DNA of 64,000 nt from Octopus sinensis (Eukaryota). The stretch's first letter is position 1; the number at the start of each line of letters is the position of its first letter. This document shows, in pieces, positions 1 through 12,677 of the stretch. The DNA lies in the NCBI RefSeq assembly GCF_006345805.1, contig NC_042997.1:178932001-178996000 (forward strand), read 5' to 3'. The notes below the pieces were generated by a model, which was given only the letters and a program-made list of their open reading frames with translations, did no database searches and had not been told where the DNA came from. The position numbers were made by a program, and so were the translations under genes.

Positions 1-559
1 TTGTAATGTGATAGAAGCGAAAGATGGGGGAAAGGAATGGAAGAAAGATACAGGCTAGAGACTGATAGAAGAGGAGACAGAACGTGATTTGGTAAAATCG
101 CTATAAGAATGAAATAATGAGTGACTAGACAGAGAATAATCGAAATATAAAGAATGTTTTATTATAAAAGTAGCGCTAAAATATGGAACGGAAAATCAAA
201 TCCTTATCTTATAAGCTGGCCTTGAAACAAGTCATGGAATCATGAAACGAAAAAAGTATATAAATGCTTGCAAGTTAACAAGGAAATGCAATAAAAATAA
301 ATGCGATAAAATGTTTGGACTAAAGGAAACAATTAAGCGAAATAAAATAAATTTAAATATTGAAGGAAAGTTTTTAAGCCTTAAGATTCCCAGCAAAATG
401 CATAAATAGCTGCTTCATGAAATAAATGTAAGATGCATTAATGATGATAAAAGAAAGTGTTATAGGACTAACCAAAGGAAACTTCACCAAAACAAGAATT
501 TGAAAAAAGATGAGCAAACATAAATTTACAGGGTTAAACTACTAATTTGTATTATTTTT

Positions 560-1150
560 ATCATTTTTAAACGAAGTTTTCATTGAAAGTATTTATAAAA
601 GGAATATCAAGGCACGAAAACAAATGCAAAACCGAAGGCAAAACAAGAACAACAGTAAGTTTTTTGACGTATATGCATATTTATAAGGCCTCATCAAAAG
701 GAAAACGAAGATTAAGCTATGTTTGTTCTGTGGAGATTAAAAGTAATAAAGCAGTTATTTTTGAAACGCTAACATTGAGGAAAGAGGCGAAGATATGATT
801 AGAGTAGTAGTGTTTAAATCAACCAATCACCGTCTCTCAGGCCGTTTTTGTTGTTGATGAACAAATTCATTTTCTTGTTAATGATGGCCTCATTAATCCT
901 TAAATTTCCAATATTCATTTCCTTGTTTTAATGACTTGGTTGTAACACTACCAAAAATTTCTTCAACAGAATAAACGTTTTTATCTGAATATAGTATTTA
1001 ATACACATTGCCAGTTTATAAATACAAACATACAGCTTTGTATCCTAGATCCACCACATTTATTAAATGTTATATGGTACATCACAAGAGCTTCTAAACA
1101 TTTATTCCTTTTGTTCATTTAACATTTTGCTAATTTACATAATGCGTTGT
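560..1150 (-). mobile_element. Possible highly decayed Penelope-like element 3' end (GIY-YIG C-terminus)
   Basis: Minus-strand frame near 830-915 reads GNLRINEAIINKKMNLFINNKNGLRDGDWL, resembling the PLE endonuclease C-terminus (R..EAI.I......N...G); downstream TTGATGAGGCC...CGTCAAAA resembles a decayed hammerhead. Weak. Confidence 0.25.
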
Positions 1151-1369
1151 CGATGTTTTGAGCCGACTCACTGAAAGAATTTTTCTCATGGTAGGTTCAG
1201 AGTGTGCCAACCATGCATTTGAATCACCACGAATCGCCCGGGAGATTACAACACATGTTTTATCATTAAATTTTGATCGTTTTAAATATGCTTTGTATTA
1301 TTGGAGATACAATTTCTTTTGGCTTATATTATCAAGCTGCATCTGGAAGGAGAGGGTGCTGCGCTATCA

Positions 1370-1510
1370 ATATGTTGGTACTTATTACTGAAGAGTTGAT
1401 GGAAGCTTTATGAAATGAAGTGTCATACTGAAGGACACAACTCACCATCCGGTCCCTGAATTCAATCCCTGACCTTATGATTATGAGCACTATACCTCTA
1501 AGCATTTGGT
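1370..1510 (-). mobile_element. Degenerate tRNA-derived SINE fragment (family C)
   Basis: gaaatgaagtgtc..aaggacacaac..ccggtccctgaattcaatccctgacc resembles the family C head/body at 11155-11490. Confidence 0.5.
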
Positions 1511-1601
1511 AATACAACTTCACAGGAAATATGGAACTCGTTGCGAATCTCCTAGTCATTCTTGCACAGGAACTATGTTAATCTTCTCTGTATTATTCCA
1601 G

Positions 1602-1668
1602 GCTTACAATTAATGCCGAATTGGGTGCAAGGGCTGATCTGTATACTTTTTATACAGATTCTGCATAG
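1602..1668 (+). CDS. Candidate isolated exon (unverified)
   Basis: Pyrimidine-rich acceptor ttctctgtattattccag and donor AG|gtatat; open frame LQLMPNWVQGLICILFIQILH. No homology recognised. Confidence 0.15.
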
Positions 1669-1734
1669 GTATATTTCCTATAGAAACTAGTATTAATGTA
1701 GTCCTTCACGATGATTTTGACTTGTAAATCAATC

Positions 1735-1788
<54 letters not shown>

Positions 1789-1789
1789 G

Positions 1790-1935
1790 GGAGAATTCAC
1801 GAAAAAAAGCAAAAGACGAAGACAGGTGGTGTGGAAAACAAACAAATGTATTAGTATAACGCTCGGGAATTGAAAAAAGTCTTTAACGTTTCCAGCCTAC
1901 GCTCTTCCACAGAAAGAAACAAGGAGAGAAAAAAT
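1790..1935 (-). mobile_element. Short non-autonomous PLE pseudo-LTR-like element next to a (TA)n tract
   Basis: Contains a hammerhead-like motif followed by ttcccgagcgtt; similar to 15135-15335. Confidence 0.5.
1880..1917 (-). ncRNA. Minimal type-I hammerhead-ribozyme-like motif (mutated core)
   Basis: Minus strand TCTTT-CTGTGGA-A-GAGC-GTAG-GCTG-GAAA-CGTT-AAAGA: 5-bp stem I, core CUGUGGA (A6 changed), stem II with one mismatch, GAAA, palindromic AACGTT stem III. Confidence 0.45.
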
Positions 1936-1975
1936 GTGTGTAGTGGCTACCGATCTATCATGTGTGTGTGTGTGC

Positions 1976-2006
<31 letters not shown>

Positions 2007-2649
2007 ATAGAGAGAGAGTAAAACAGTGGAAGAATGAGAGAAAAGGAGAGATTCTGTGTCGTCAAGATTCTCCGTTTCAAAATCTATTGGGTTGTCGATG
2101 ATCTAGATCAGGGAATATATGCTAATTGTCTCCCATTCAAAACAAATTAAGCATAAAAGTACCATGTACTTAACTAGAAGATACTGTTTAGGAATATCAG
2201 ATTTTTAATGCATTTTCATCTAGTTTGTGCATATAGATAATGACAATTAAACCTCATGAAACTAGACCTCAGAGGTAGCACTTGATAGCGGTTTATATGA
2301 GAAGTTACCAAAATATACGTAGGCAATGCTTACTGAAATGTTCAGCCGTTAGAAGTTGAATTTGAAAATGTGAGGCGGATAACTTTAAGTATTTTTACTG
2401 AAGAAACTCAGCTCAAAAACTCAAAATATAATGTTTCCTTTTAGTTTAAGAGCTGATGACCAATATCATATGCTATATATGCCACATGATATCAAGTGAT
2501 AAGACATATCGCAAAGCAGGGAAATTGATCGAGTTTTTTTAACGACGTTTCTGCAGTAAGCGCAATGAATGATTTACAGCACCTAAGCAGATAGTGAAAG
2601 TAGATTTTCAAAACCATTCTTATCTCACATTATTTCTTTATTCTTCTAA

Positions 2650-2864
2650 ACTTTTACTAGTTTGAGTCTATGGACTGCAACCATGCTAGAGCATCGTCTT
2701 GTAGCGTTTAGTTGACGCTTTTGCCCCCTGGTATATTACGGAAGCGTAAACAAACCAACAACGGTTTCTATTAGTATGGGGATAAACTCAGACATGCACA
2801 CGCATATATACATAGATACATACATACATGCATGCATGCATGCATACATACATACATACATACA

Positions 2865-2895
<31 letters not shown>

Positions 2896-2995
2896 GATGG
2901 ATTTCCGTATAGCTTACGTCAAGTACCAAATTCGTTCACGAACTATTGGTTGCCAAGGTGCCGCAAAGAGGGACTAAACCCAAAACCATGTCTTT
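2650..2995 (-). mobile_element. Old tRNA-derived SINE (family B) with internal (CATA)n
   Basis: Diverged match to family B tail (gactgcaaccatgctagagcatcg) and head (gccaaggtgccgca..gggactaaaccc). Confidence 0.65.
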
Positions 2996-3504
2996 ATAAA
3001 CCGAACTTGTTTTTTCTTAACTACAGAGTCAAACCTACGTTTATATAATTTTCACTGTCACTTATATTTAGAGTATATTAATACAATGTTGACTTTCATT
3101 TTCAATAATTATGGGTAAGTTCAAGGTAGTTTTAATATTCGTTACAAATACTAGATATGGTAAACAATACTTCGAATTGGATGGAAATTTAATTTCAGTG
3201 GAGATTCTTAATTATTTAAAGTTATTTGATATTACAAGATAAGCTATGTATATTGGGTGTAAGCTGTTTGGTGCAGTTTTAAGTAAATGAGAATTAGAAC
3301 TTTTGCATTACAATTTCTTTCAGATAATACAGGTAGCTTGCAAAATGTCTATTATATAATATCAAGGGGTGTTAGTGTAAGGCCGAATTGAGGGGTATAA
3401 CAGGGCAAGACGAGAGGAGAGTAGTCACATGTATCCAATGTGGCTGGATTGAGGTAGTCTGCAACTAGCTACTTGGGAAGAGCAGACGCCGTTTTGGTAT
3501 AAAT

Positions 3505-3690
3505 AGAATAGATACAGAGAGAGAGAGAGAGAAGGGGAGAGGGAGAAAGAAAAGGAGGGGAGAAAGTGAGAGATAAAGGGATAAGGGGAGTGAGAAAGAA
3601 AAAGGGAGACAGAAAAGGAGGGGAGAAGGTGAGAGATAAAGGGATAGAGAGAGAGAGAGAGAGGTAGAGGATAAGAGAAAGGAAAACACA
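3505..3690. repeat. (GA)n / purine-rich low-complexity tract
   Basis: Runs of gagaga and ggaga. Confidence 0.9.
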
Positions 3691-3734
3691 GCGCGTCCAA
3701 TTCATTGGAAATGCGATATTTATCGTATAAAAAT

Positions 3735-3943
3735 GCGGCGAGCTGGCAGAAATGTTAGCACGCCGAGGCAAATGCTTACCATTATTTCGTCTGTCTATGT
3801 TCTGAGTTCAAATTCCGCCGAGGTCTACTTTGCCATTCATCTTTTCGGGGTCGATAAATTTAGTACAAGTTGCATACTATGGTCGATCTAATCAACTAGC
3901 CCCTTCCCCCAAAATATCAGGTCTTGTGCCTAGAGGAGAAAGG
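3735..3943 (+). mobile_element. tRNA-derived SINE, family A
   Basis: Head gcggcgagctggcagaaatgttagcacgcc (A-box-like), gagttcaaattcc (B-box-like), body ttgcc.ttcatc.tttcggggtcgataaat; flanked by near-identical atttat(c/a)gtataaaa. Confidence 0.9.
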
Positions 3944-3960
3944 TACATTTATAGTATAAA

Positions 3961-4470
3961 AGGCAGCGAGCTGGCAGAGACGTTAGCACGCCGGACGAAA
4001 TGCATAGAGGTATTTCGTCTGCTGCTACGTTCTGAGTTAAAATTCCTCCGAGATCGACTTTGCCTTTCATCCTTTCGGGGTCGATTAAATAAGTACCAGT
4101 TACGCATTGAGGTCGATATAAACGACTTAATCTGTTTGTCTGTCCTTCTTTGTCTCCTCTGTGTGTATCCACTTGTGGGCATTAAAGAAATAAGAAACGT
4201 TAGCACGCCTGGCGAAATGCTTGGCGGTATTTCGTCTGTCGATAAATTAAGTACCAGTTAAACACTGGGGTCGATATAATCGACTTAATACCTATGTCTG
4301 TCCATGTTTGTCTCCTCTATGTTTAGCCCCTTGTGGGTAATAAAGAAATAGGTATTTCGTCTGTCTTTACGTTCTGAGTTCAAATTCCGCCGAGGTCGAC
4401 TTTGCCTGTTATCATTTCATGGTCGATAAATCCAGTACCAGTTGCATACTGGAGTCGATCTAATCGACTG
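3961..4470 (+). mobile_element. Multimeric family A SINE (about three head-to-tail units)
   Basis: Repeated body/tail units; junctions aagaaata|agaaacgttagc (about 4190) and aataaagaaata|ggtatttcg (4339-4360). Confidence 0.9.
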
Positions 4471-4489
4471 GCCAGTGTCAACGGTGGGT

Positions 4490-5470
4490 CCAGTGTCAAC
4501 GGGGGTTCCAGAAATTCCAGAAATTCCGAGCCCAAAACTACAGCCTAGAAGGCATATCTCACCCTGTAAGATCTGCGGAGCTCGACGAGGACGTCCTGCA
4601 AATCCTGGTAGAACAAAATCCCATGGGAACTGTTGAGTAACTAGCAGAGAAGCTTGGATTTTTAATTAAACCGTTCATCGACACACATCAGAAAAGTCAG
4701 GAAATTGGGTCAATGTGTTCCTCACAAACTACCCGAGTCTAATCACGCGCAGAGACTGAATATGTTCTCTTCTTTGCTGTTACGTCTCACGAATGAACCT
4801 TTTTTGGACCGAATAGTGACTGGTGACGAGAAATGGGTTCTCTGTAAAAATGTGAAGCGGCGAAGACAGTGGGTAGGGAAAGGAGAAATGCCTGCAACCC
4901 AGGTTAAAGAAGGTCTTCACCAACGTATGGTGTTGTTATCTGTTTGGTGGGAAATGAAACATTTAGTCTACTTCAAACATTTAAACCCAAACCAAACGAT
5001 AACAAAGTAGATCTACTTCGCGTAGCTTGAGGGGCTTAAGTCAGTGCTAGAAGAAAAACGACTATCTTTGGTTTCAAGACAAAAGGTGTTCTTCCACCAG
5101 GATAATGCTGGGCCACATACAGTGGGGATTACATTCCAAGGCATGAGTACTTTCAATGGGAAACGATGCCCCACACACCATATTCACCGGATATTGCCCC
5201 GTCGGATTATCATTTATTCTGCAGTCTTCAAAATCATTTGGACGGAAAAAATATGCATTCTGTACACGAGATCAGAACGGTACTGGAGGAATACTTTTCG
5301 TCCCGGACAAGTGGTTTTTGGAAAAGGGGCCTTGTAAGTCTACTAGATAGATGGAAGAGCATTGTAGAATATGAAGGAGAGTATATTTTAGATTAAAAAA
5401 GAACTTTATATTAATTTTGAAAAATAAAAGAAGTCTAAAAAAAACGCATTATTTATGGGATGACCCAATA
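4490..5470 (+). mobile_element. 5'-truncated mariner (DD34D-type) transposon, transposase pseudogene
   Basis: Motifs CVPHKL (WVPHEL-like), IVTGDEKWVL, HQDNAGPHT, PYSPDIAPSDYHLF across frameshifted ORFs 4705-5396; right TIR ending ttatgggatgacccaata with TA. Confidence 0.95.
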
Positions 5471-5913
5471 TTACAACACACACACACATTCACACACACG
5501 TGTGTATGTAATTCTCTCTTTTCCTTCCATCGCTCGGCACCTCTAACTATTTTCTTCTACGTTCTGCTTACTAGTTGCGCGTGTACTTTTAGAATGCTTT
5601 TCCTTAATTCCTCTCTGATGAAGATTTGAGGATTACTACTCAGAAATTCCATTTCCTATGTAACATTTTTTCCATTAAATTAATTAGACACATTGAGTAG
5701 TGGATAGAATATTATCTGATATTTAACGTTATGAAAATTTGCATCAGACAAGAAAAATCTCTCCATCATCGCCACCACCCATACTACTGCAGAGAACGCA
5801 GCCGCCGCCGTTTTCACTACCACTGCTACAACTACCATAATCTTACGGCCACCATTACTCCTCCACATTCACCTCTTCCTCCTACTACTACAATCTTACC
5901 ACCGCAACTAAGT

Positions 5914-6185
5914 TTATGAAATGCCCTTACCAACTACTACTACTACTACCACCATAATCACCACTACTACTACTACTACCACCATAATCACCACTACTAC
6001 TACTACTACCACCACCACCACCACCACCACCATAACCACCACCACCACTACTACCACCACCACTACTACCACCACCACCACCATAACCACCACCACCATA
6101 ACCACCACCACTACTACTACCACCATAACCACCACCACTACTACTACCACCATAATCACCACTACCTTTATCACCACCGACACTG
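5914..6185. repeat. Compound (ACT)/(ACC)/(ATA) trinucleotide repeat
   Basis: Direct reading; source of the poly-T/V/G-S ORFs. Confidence 0.95.
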
Positions 6186-6339
6186 CAATAAATCACAATA
6201 CGACCAACACCGCCACTGCCAATAAGTAGCGACTTATAAGACATCAAGTAAGAACAACATCAACGCCTGCCCCATCTCAAATACTACCACTATTACTACC
6301 ACTGTCACTGATACAACCAGCTCCAATACTATCACCAAT

Positions 6340-6545
6340 TGGCAGAATCGTTAGTACACCGGACGAAATGTTTAGCGGCATTTCGTTCGTCTTTACGTTC
6401 TGAGTTCAAATTCCGCCGAAGTCGATTTTTATCTTTCATCATTTTGGGGTCAATAAAATAAGTACCTATTTGAGCACTGGAGTCAATGTAATCGACTTTC
6501 GTCCTCTCCCAAAATTGCTGGCCTTGAGTTAAAATTAGAAACCAG
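6340..6545 (+). mobile_element. Family A SINE (diverged)
   Basis: ggcagaatcgttag..gagttcaaattccgccgaagtcga..aagtacc..gtaatcgact. Confidence 0.85.
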
Positions 6546-7059
6546 TATTATTATCACGAACTGATAGAATCGGTAGCACTGCTTGTGCCTTGGGCCAAAA
6601 TTTGAAGCTAGAATTACTATTACTACCTTCATCGCTGGTATAACGACACCGCCGCTACCATCACCACCACCACCACCACCACCACCACCACCACCACCTC
6701 TACCAACAACAACAACATCTGCAACAACTACAAAAAGAATATTAACCGTAAGGAGGTGAGTGGCAAAAATCTGCAGACGATTTTTCTCTTAAATCACACT
6801 TTGGTCAATGCAGTTTTAGATACCTATCGGTGGAGTAGCCATCATTGGAATATCTTTGATTATAGATCTGTTAATACTAAAGTTGATTTTGGTTTAAACA
6901 GCAACAATTTCTATACCGACAAATAATGCAACATCCGCAGTACTACGATAGACACCAACAATATGCATAGCAAACAACACAACCATTATCTTAATAAACA
7001 TGACACCTAACGTAGGTAACTTCAGTGAACGTATGTGGGTTCCATAAACTTGCTAGAAA

Positions 7060-7228
7060 TAACAGTCAGCTATGTGATCAAGAAACTCGCTTTGCAACCA
7101 TGATTTTTTTCTGGTTCAGTCCCATTTCACTTGGGTGACTGCCTTGTACCGTAACCCGGGCCGACCATTACTTAGAGATTGAATTTGTGAATTTTGCTGA
7201 CAGAGGCTGTATGGAATCCTGTGAGAGA

Positions 7229-7267
<39 letters not shown>

Positions 7268-7530
7268 TGTGCATGTGTGCGTATGTGTATGTGTGTGTTC
7301 ATGTGTGCGTATGTGTATGTGTGTGTGTGCGTGTATCTGTGTACGTGTGCCTTTGTGTTTGTCCCCAATTCACCATTGCTCAAAAACGGTGTTGGTAGTT
7401 TACATCCCCATAGGTTATAACGATTCAAGGAAAGAGACGGATAAAATGAGTACTACACTTCAAAAATATGTACCGAGATCAATTTTTTTAGACTACACCA
7501 TTCAAAGCTGTGTCCCAGCTTCAAACAAAT
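7060..7530 (+). mobile_element. Old family B SINE with internal (TG)n
   Basis: ggttcagtccca..cgggccgacc head, internal microsatellite, diverged tail (gataaaatgagtact). Confidence 0.65.
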
Positions 7531-7854
7531 AAGAAAAAAACAAAGCTATCGCTTCTTACATTAAGGAAAAACAAATAAAAAACGCGACGAAGGAAACATT
7601 GACAAGTGTAGTCGTGAATTTGCAAAAAGATAAGATAATTACAATTATGATGCCTTAAGGCATGTCTAATTAATCAGATTTGAACTGGGGCTGAAAGCCT
7701 ACTCAATACATAAATAAAAAATATTATCAACAACATGGCAGCGTAAAAGTCTCAAAGGCGAGAAAAAATTTGAATCACAATACCAGTAAAACCAATGATT
7801 AAACCAAGGAGGCAAACGTATGTGTGAGCATGTTTTTGTGCTTATCCCTATACC

Positions 7855-8081
7855 TATTTCTTTATTACCCACAAGGGGCTAAACACAGAGAGAACAAACA
7901 AGGACAGACAAACGGATTAAGTCGATTATATCGACCCCAGTGCGTAACTGGTACTTATTTAATCGACCCCGAAAGGATGAAAGGCAAAGTCGACGGAATT
8001 TGAACTCAGAACGTAGCGATAGACGAAATACGGCTACGCATTTCGTCCGGCGCGCTAACGTTTCTGCCAGCTCGCCGCTTT
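7855..8081 (-). mobile_element. Family A SINE with 10-bp target-site duplication
   Basis: Full head-to-tail copy; TCCCTATACC at 7845-7854 and 8082-8091. Confidence 0.95.
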
Positions 8082-8324
8082 TCCCTATACCGTTTGTCAA
8101 TTGGTGTTGGGTTGTTTACGTTCCCGTAATCTAGCGGTCCAGCAAGAGTGCCAACAGAATGAATACCTGTCAACGAGGGTCCATATGACACGAGGTGTGG
8201 GGAGCATATAGAAATTTTGTTTAAGTCAATGCGCAATAAATTAGTTATGCTTCATTTTGCACAACATATTTAAATTTTCGTTACAATTCTTAATAATATT
8301 TAATTGTAAAAATACAGTGTTTCA

Positions 8325-8540
8325 TTCATTTGAATGCGGCCTTGCTGGAGAACTACCTTAAAGGGTTTTAGTCGAAAAATCGACCTCGGAACACATTATT
8401 TCTAAGTCTTTCTGTTAGTCTCTCTTGCCGAAACCGAGGATATAAACACCAGTATTGGTTGCCAAGCGATGACAGGGAGACAAACACAGACATACACACA
8501 TACGTACATACATACACAAACGTACACAGACTCACATATA
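8325..8540 (-). mobile_element. Family B SINE 3' half
   Basis: tgcggccttgctggag..ttagtcgaaaaatcgacc..gttgccaagcgatg..gacaaacacagac. Confidence 0.75.
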
Positions 8541-9464
8541 TAGAATATGAGAGGTTTAATTCACTTGTGATCTAAATGAATAGGTACGCTGCTGAGTAAG
8601 TGCTATAACTGGTCCTCCGTTAGGCTCCAAGTTCATTGCTGAGACGAGCTAGGGATCCGTATGAGGCCTCCGTGTTAGCAGGTATATATTATATTAGAGG
8701 AAAAAGGGCAACAAAACCTAAAGCAGGACGAGTATCTCAAGTCGTTTAGAATATTTTAAGTAGGGTTAATTTGAAGTCTTACAGCTGTTTCTAGGATATC
8801 CCAAGTGATAGGCTAGTATGCCTATATACTGGGTATTCCGTTGTCAGAGACAAGATGAGTATGTATGAAAGTTTTAGACATGGAAATTCATAGTTTATGA
8901 TGAATAAAATAGAAGAATAAAGAGTAGAAGTAGATAGAAGAATAAAGTTCACAGTTCATCTTTTTCCATAGGATATGGAGGTTGGTCCGTATTTCCGTGA
9001 ACGTATAATCCCTTAGGTATAATCCCAGGTTAATCCAGGTAGGATTTTGGCGGTACTTTGAATGACGCATTCATATTGAAGTAATGGATTAAGTGGTTAG
9101 CTAGTATGTAAAAGTTCTACGTGGGTGTATAGAGTGAGAAAGACAGACATCAAGATACACAAAAATGGGTTGTGAATGAGTGGGTAGAAGAGAGAGGAGA
9201 AAGAGAGAAAATAAAGGAATGGGATAGGTGTAGGTAGACGAAAGTAAAATCAGCGAATGTAAAGTAAAATCAAAATCTAAATTAAAAATTAAAACTAAAG
9301 ACAAGATAACAGTATTATTCTTTGAGTCGGTTCGGAGTGAGAGGTCAGGCATTAAGGTTTTGGTAAAGTGGAGGAGGGAGGTATATATGTCTATTAATTA
9401 AATAGATTAATTCTAGGTTAGGTTTCATCACAGAGAATATTTACATTGTTTATATTTGACGGAT

Positions 9465-9475
9465 ATATAATTATA

Positions 9476-9507
<32 letters not shown>

Positions 9508-9832
9508 ATTATATACATATTATATATACATATATAATTATATATATGTATATATATATATATAATTATATACATATTATATATACATATATAATTATAT
9601 ACATATTATATATACATATATAATTATATACATATTATATATACATATATATATATACATAATTTACAAATTAATGGACAATTTTGTCTTTTTTATTTGG
9701 CATTATAATTTTTCTTTTGTCCTTATTTTGTAAATTATTTATAAATTTAACCTTTAAAGGTATTTTTTGATATGCTGGCCATTGATAAAATTTTTTCTCG
9801 AAAAAAATTTTTTCCTACATTAGTTATAAATC

Positions 9833-9887
<55 letters not shown>

Positions 9888-10155
9888 CATATATAATTAT
9901 ATACATATTATATATACATATAATTATATACATATATATATACATATATATTATATACATATTATATATACATATATATATACATAATTTACAAATTAAT
10001 GGACAATTTTGTCTTTTTTATTTGGCATTATAATTTTTCTTTTGTCCTTATTTTGTAAATTATTTATAAATTTAACCTTAAAGGTATTTTTTGATATGCT
10101 GGCCATTGATAAAATTTTTTTCGAAAAAAATTTTTTCCTACATTAGTTATAAATC

Positions 10156-10230
<75 letters not shown>
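9465..10230. repeat. TA-rich minisatellite with about 325-bp tandem duplication
   Basis: About 175-bp unique segment at 9661-9834 repeated at 9986-10157 with a few differences, embedded in TA/TACA arrays. Confidence 0.9.
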
Positions 10231-10232
<2 letters not shown>

Positions 10233-10432
10233 TATATATACTTGCTTAAAGGCCACCCTATCGGGCAGCTTTTAGGCTAGCCCCTGTGGAGGACTCTTCT
10301 TTGGGCCAAGGCCCAACAATGACATTTAATGCATCGAGAACATATTAAATTGTGTTAAACTTGAGCAATAATTTTCAAGCAATGAACAATTTTCATCAAA
10401 GCAATATAATTTGTGGGCTTGGAACTTATTAC

Positions 10433-10504
10433 AAAGCCGCATGATAACATTTTCCGTTATGCAACAATAAAGCCGCATGATAACATTTTCCGTTATGCAA
10501 CAAT
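10433..10504. repeat. Perfect 2 x 36-bp tandem duplication
   Basis: aaagccgcatgataacattttccgttatgcaacaat twice, no spacer. Confidence 0.95.
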
Positions 10505-10652
10505 AAACTTATCTTTTAAAAGTTCAACGATAATTCTTCTGCCGCCACTTAAGTTAAAGACAATTTGATGTACGTAGGTCCTGACTTTTCGTACAAACAC
10601 TTATTTGTAGTAGCTGCTACGTATCTAAACTCCTGTTCATAGTTTCAACGAA

Positions 10653-10910
10653 AATTACACCACTGTCGCTAAACACTATTTTAGAGTGCGATTTTTATGG
10701 CTTGGGAATTGCTCTAAACGTATTTGACAGTAAAGATGTTTGAAATTCAGTATTTTTATATTTTTAAGGTAATAATAAAATCAGTCGAATCTATTTTCAT
10801 GCAGTCGGATTGCGCTAAGTTTTCATAGCTCCGACGGCCGACGGAATGAACATAGGTCCGACAAATTTTATTCATATCTGAAAAAATACTAAGTTTCCAA
10901 TATTTTTATA
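10653..10910 (+). mobile_element. Truncated MITE copy (same family as 11629-12061)
   Basis: Left TIR aattacaccactgtcgctaaacac and internal gctccga.ggccgac..aggtccgacaaattttatt shared with the downstream copy. Confidence 0.7.
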
Positions 10911-11154
10911 GTAGAGTGTTATGAGAGGTAATATTGTATGAAGGAATGTGTTCAATACTCATTTCAGTTCCGAACGTTATGAAGCACGTGTTACAGTTAA
11001 ATTACTTGATACACTTATAATATTTCGAGAAAGATTCTTTCAAAATGTTTATTTTGGAAATTACTTTTGGAAATAGTTATAATATTTAGAGAAATAGTTT
11101 TTCAAAATGTTAGGATTAAGAATGAAGATCAATAGAAGAATGATTGAATAGTTG

Positions 11155-11490
11155 GGACCCCCCTCGCTCATGACTGACCGTGGGTTTGCACCTAGAAAGT
11201 TACCCTCCCAGGCACAAGTCTGGGCAAGATTGTTTATGGAAGACCAGCAGTCGCTCATGCATACTGGCCTTCCCTATCCACGCCACGAGTGTTATCCAAG
11301 AGAATGGCAAAGGGGCAGATACACCTTGACACCTGTGACGTCGCAACTCATTTCTACAGCTGAGTGAACTGGAGCAACGTGAAATAAAGTGTCTTGCTCA
11401 AGAACACAACACACAGCCTGATCCGGGATTCGAACTCACAACCTCACGATCGTAAGTTCGACGCTCTAACCACAGAGCCATGCGCCTTCT
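11155..11490 (-). mobile_element. tRNA-derived SINE, family C
   Basis: Minus head gaaggcgcatggctctgtggttagagcg..gagttcgaatcccgg (A/B boxes), then gtgttcttgagcaagacactt..ctccagttcactcagctgtagaaatgag. Confidence 0.9.
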
Positions 11491-11630
11491 TTGAATAGTG
11501 AGAGCGGGGCAAAGCATCAGGGATAGTAGAAGTGTCATTGAATAGTGAGGGGAGGTGGGTCAGAGGAGTAAATTGAAAAGTATGACACAGTGACACACTG
11601 ATATTGACCTTTGCATTTATTATTATAGAT
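11490..11630 (+). mobile_element. Helitron/DINE-like non-autonomous fragment
   Basis: gatagtagaagtgtcattgaatag similar to 12438-12465; ends gacacagtgacacac..atttattattatagat. Confidence 0.45.
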
Positions 11631-12061
11631 TACATGACTTTCGCTAAACACCATTTTAAAGTGCGATTTTTATGTTGTTGAATTGCTCTAAACGAATTTG
11701 ACCATAAAAATGTCGGAAATTTAGTATTTTTAAATATAATAATAAAAATAGTCGAACCTATTTTCATGCAGTCGAATGCGTAAAGTTTCCGAGATTTTTA
11801 TACTTTTTACGTCTGCTATTTTAGAATTCTTCGCATGCGTAAAATATCAGATGACAGTACATTCAATAACATATTTATACACGCAACGACGTAAACAGAC
11901 ATAAGAATAGCTCCGAAGGCCGACGACATGAAAATAGGTCCGACAAATTTTATTAATATCTTTAAAAAATGCTAAATATCCAACATTTTCATGATCAAAT
12001 TCGTATAAAAGTCGCATAAAAATCACACTTTATGACAGTGTTTAGCGAGTATGGTGTAATT
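11629..12061. mobile_element. MITE with terminal inverted repeats (TA ends, Tc1/mariner-like)
   Basis: tcgctaaacaccattttaaagtgcgatttttatg versus cataaaaatcacactttatgacagtgtttagcga; no coding capacity. Confidence 0.8.
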
Positions 12062-12179
12062 GTGATTTCCACCGAAGACTAATAATATTTTTTTTTTCAA
12101 AATGACACCGATAGAAAAATTGAAAAGATCGCAACCGCTTAAGAGAGAATGAAGAGAAGTAGTAAAGATGTGTGTATGC

Positions 12180-12226
<47 letters not shown>

Positions 12227-12289
12227 CAAGAGAGAGAGAGATGGTTATGAGAGAGTTCAATACGTAATATATATACGTATGTGAGAGAG

Positions 12290-12677
12290 AAATTCCAAAG
12301 TGACACTGAAGGAGACATGGAAAAGACTGCAACCAGTTAAGAGAGAGTGAGCAGGAGAGGTAACATTCTCTGCAATTCGTCAATTACCACTTCTCACACT
12401 ACAGCGCTCAGTAAGAGAAAGAGATTGTAAGCATGAGGAATAGTAGGAGTGTCACTGAATAGTTTCCGAGATTTTCCGGGTTATTCGTTTTGTCGGATTT
12501 TACCAGACTGGAAATATACCAGTTAATTTTCGTGAATCCCATATTGATGTTGACACTCTCCCCCATATCCACGGTTACTCACGCCAAGTTTGATCGAAAT
12601 CGGTCCAGTGGTTACGGCAGAGTTTGGTAACACATTTTGTCACAGACAGACACACACAGCGCAATTATATTATAGAT
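12290..12677 (+). mobile_element. Non-autonomous rolling-circle (Helitron/DINE-1-like) element
   Basis: 3' end aagtttgatcgaaatcggtccagtggtt..acagacagacacacac..ttatattatagat, typical of such elements; 5' boundary uncertain. Confidence 0.65.

Noticed and set aside
4705-5396. Possible domesticated SETMAR-like gene
   Set aside because: Frameshifted, 5'-truncated, retains a TIR, no SET domain nearby.
10433-10504. 36-bp repeat with internal partial palindrome, superficially CRISPR-like
   Set aside because: Only two directly adjacent copies, no spacer, no cas genes, eukaryotic context.
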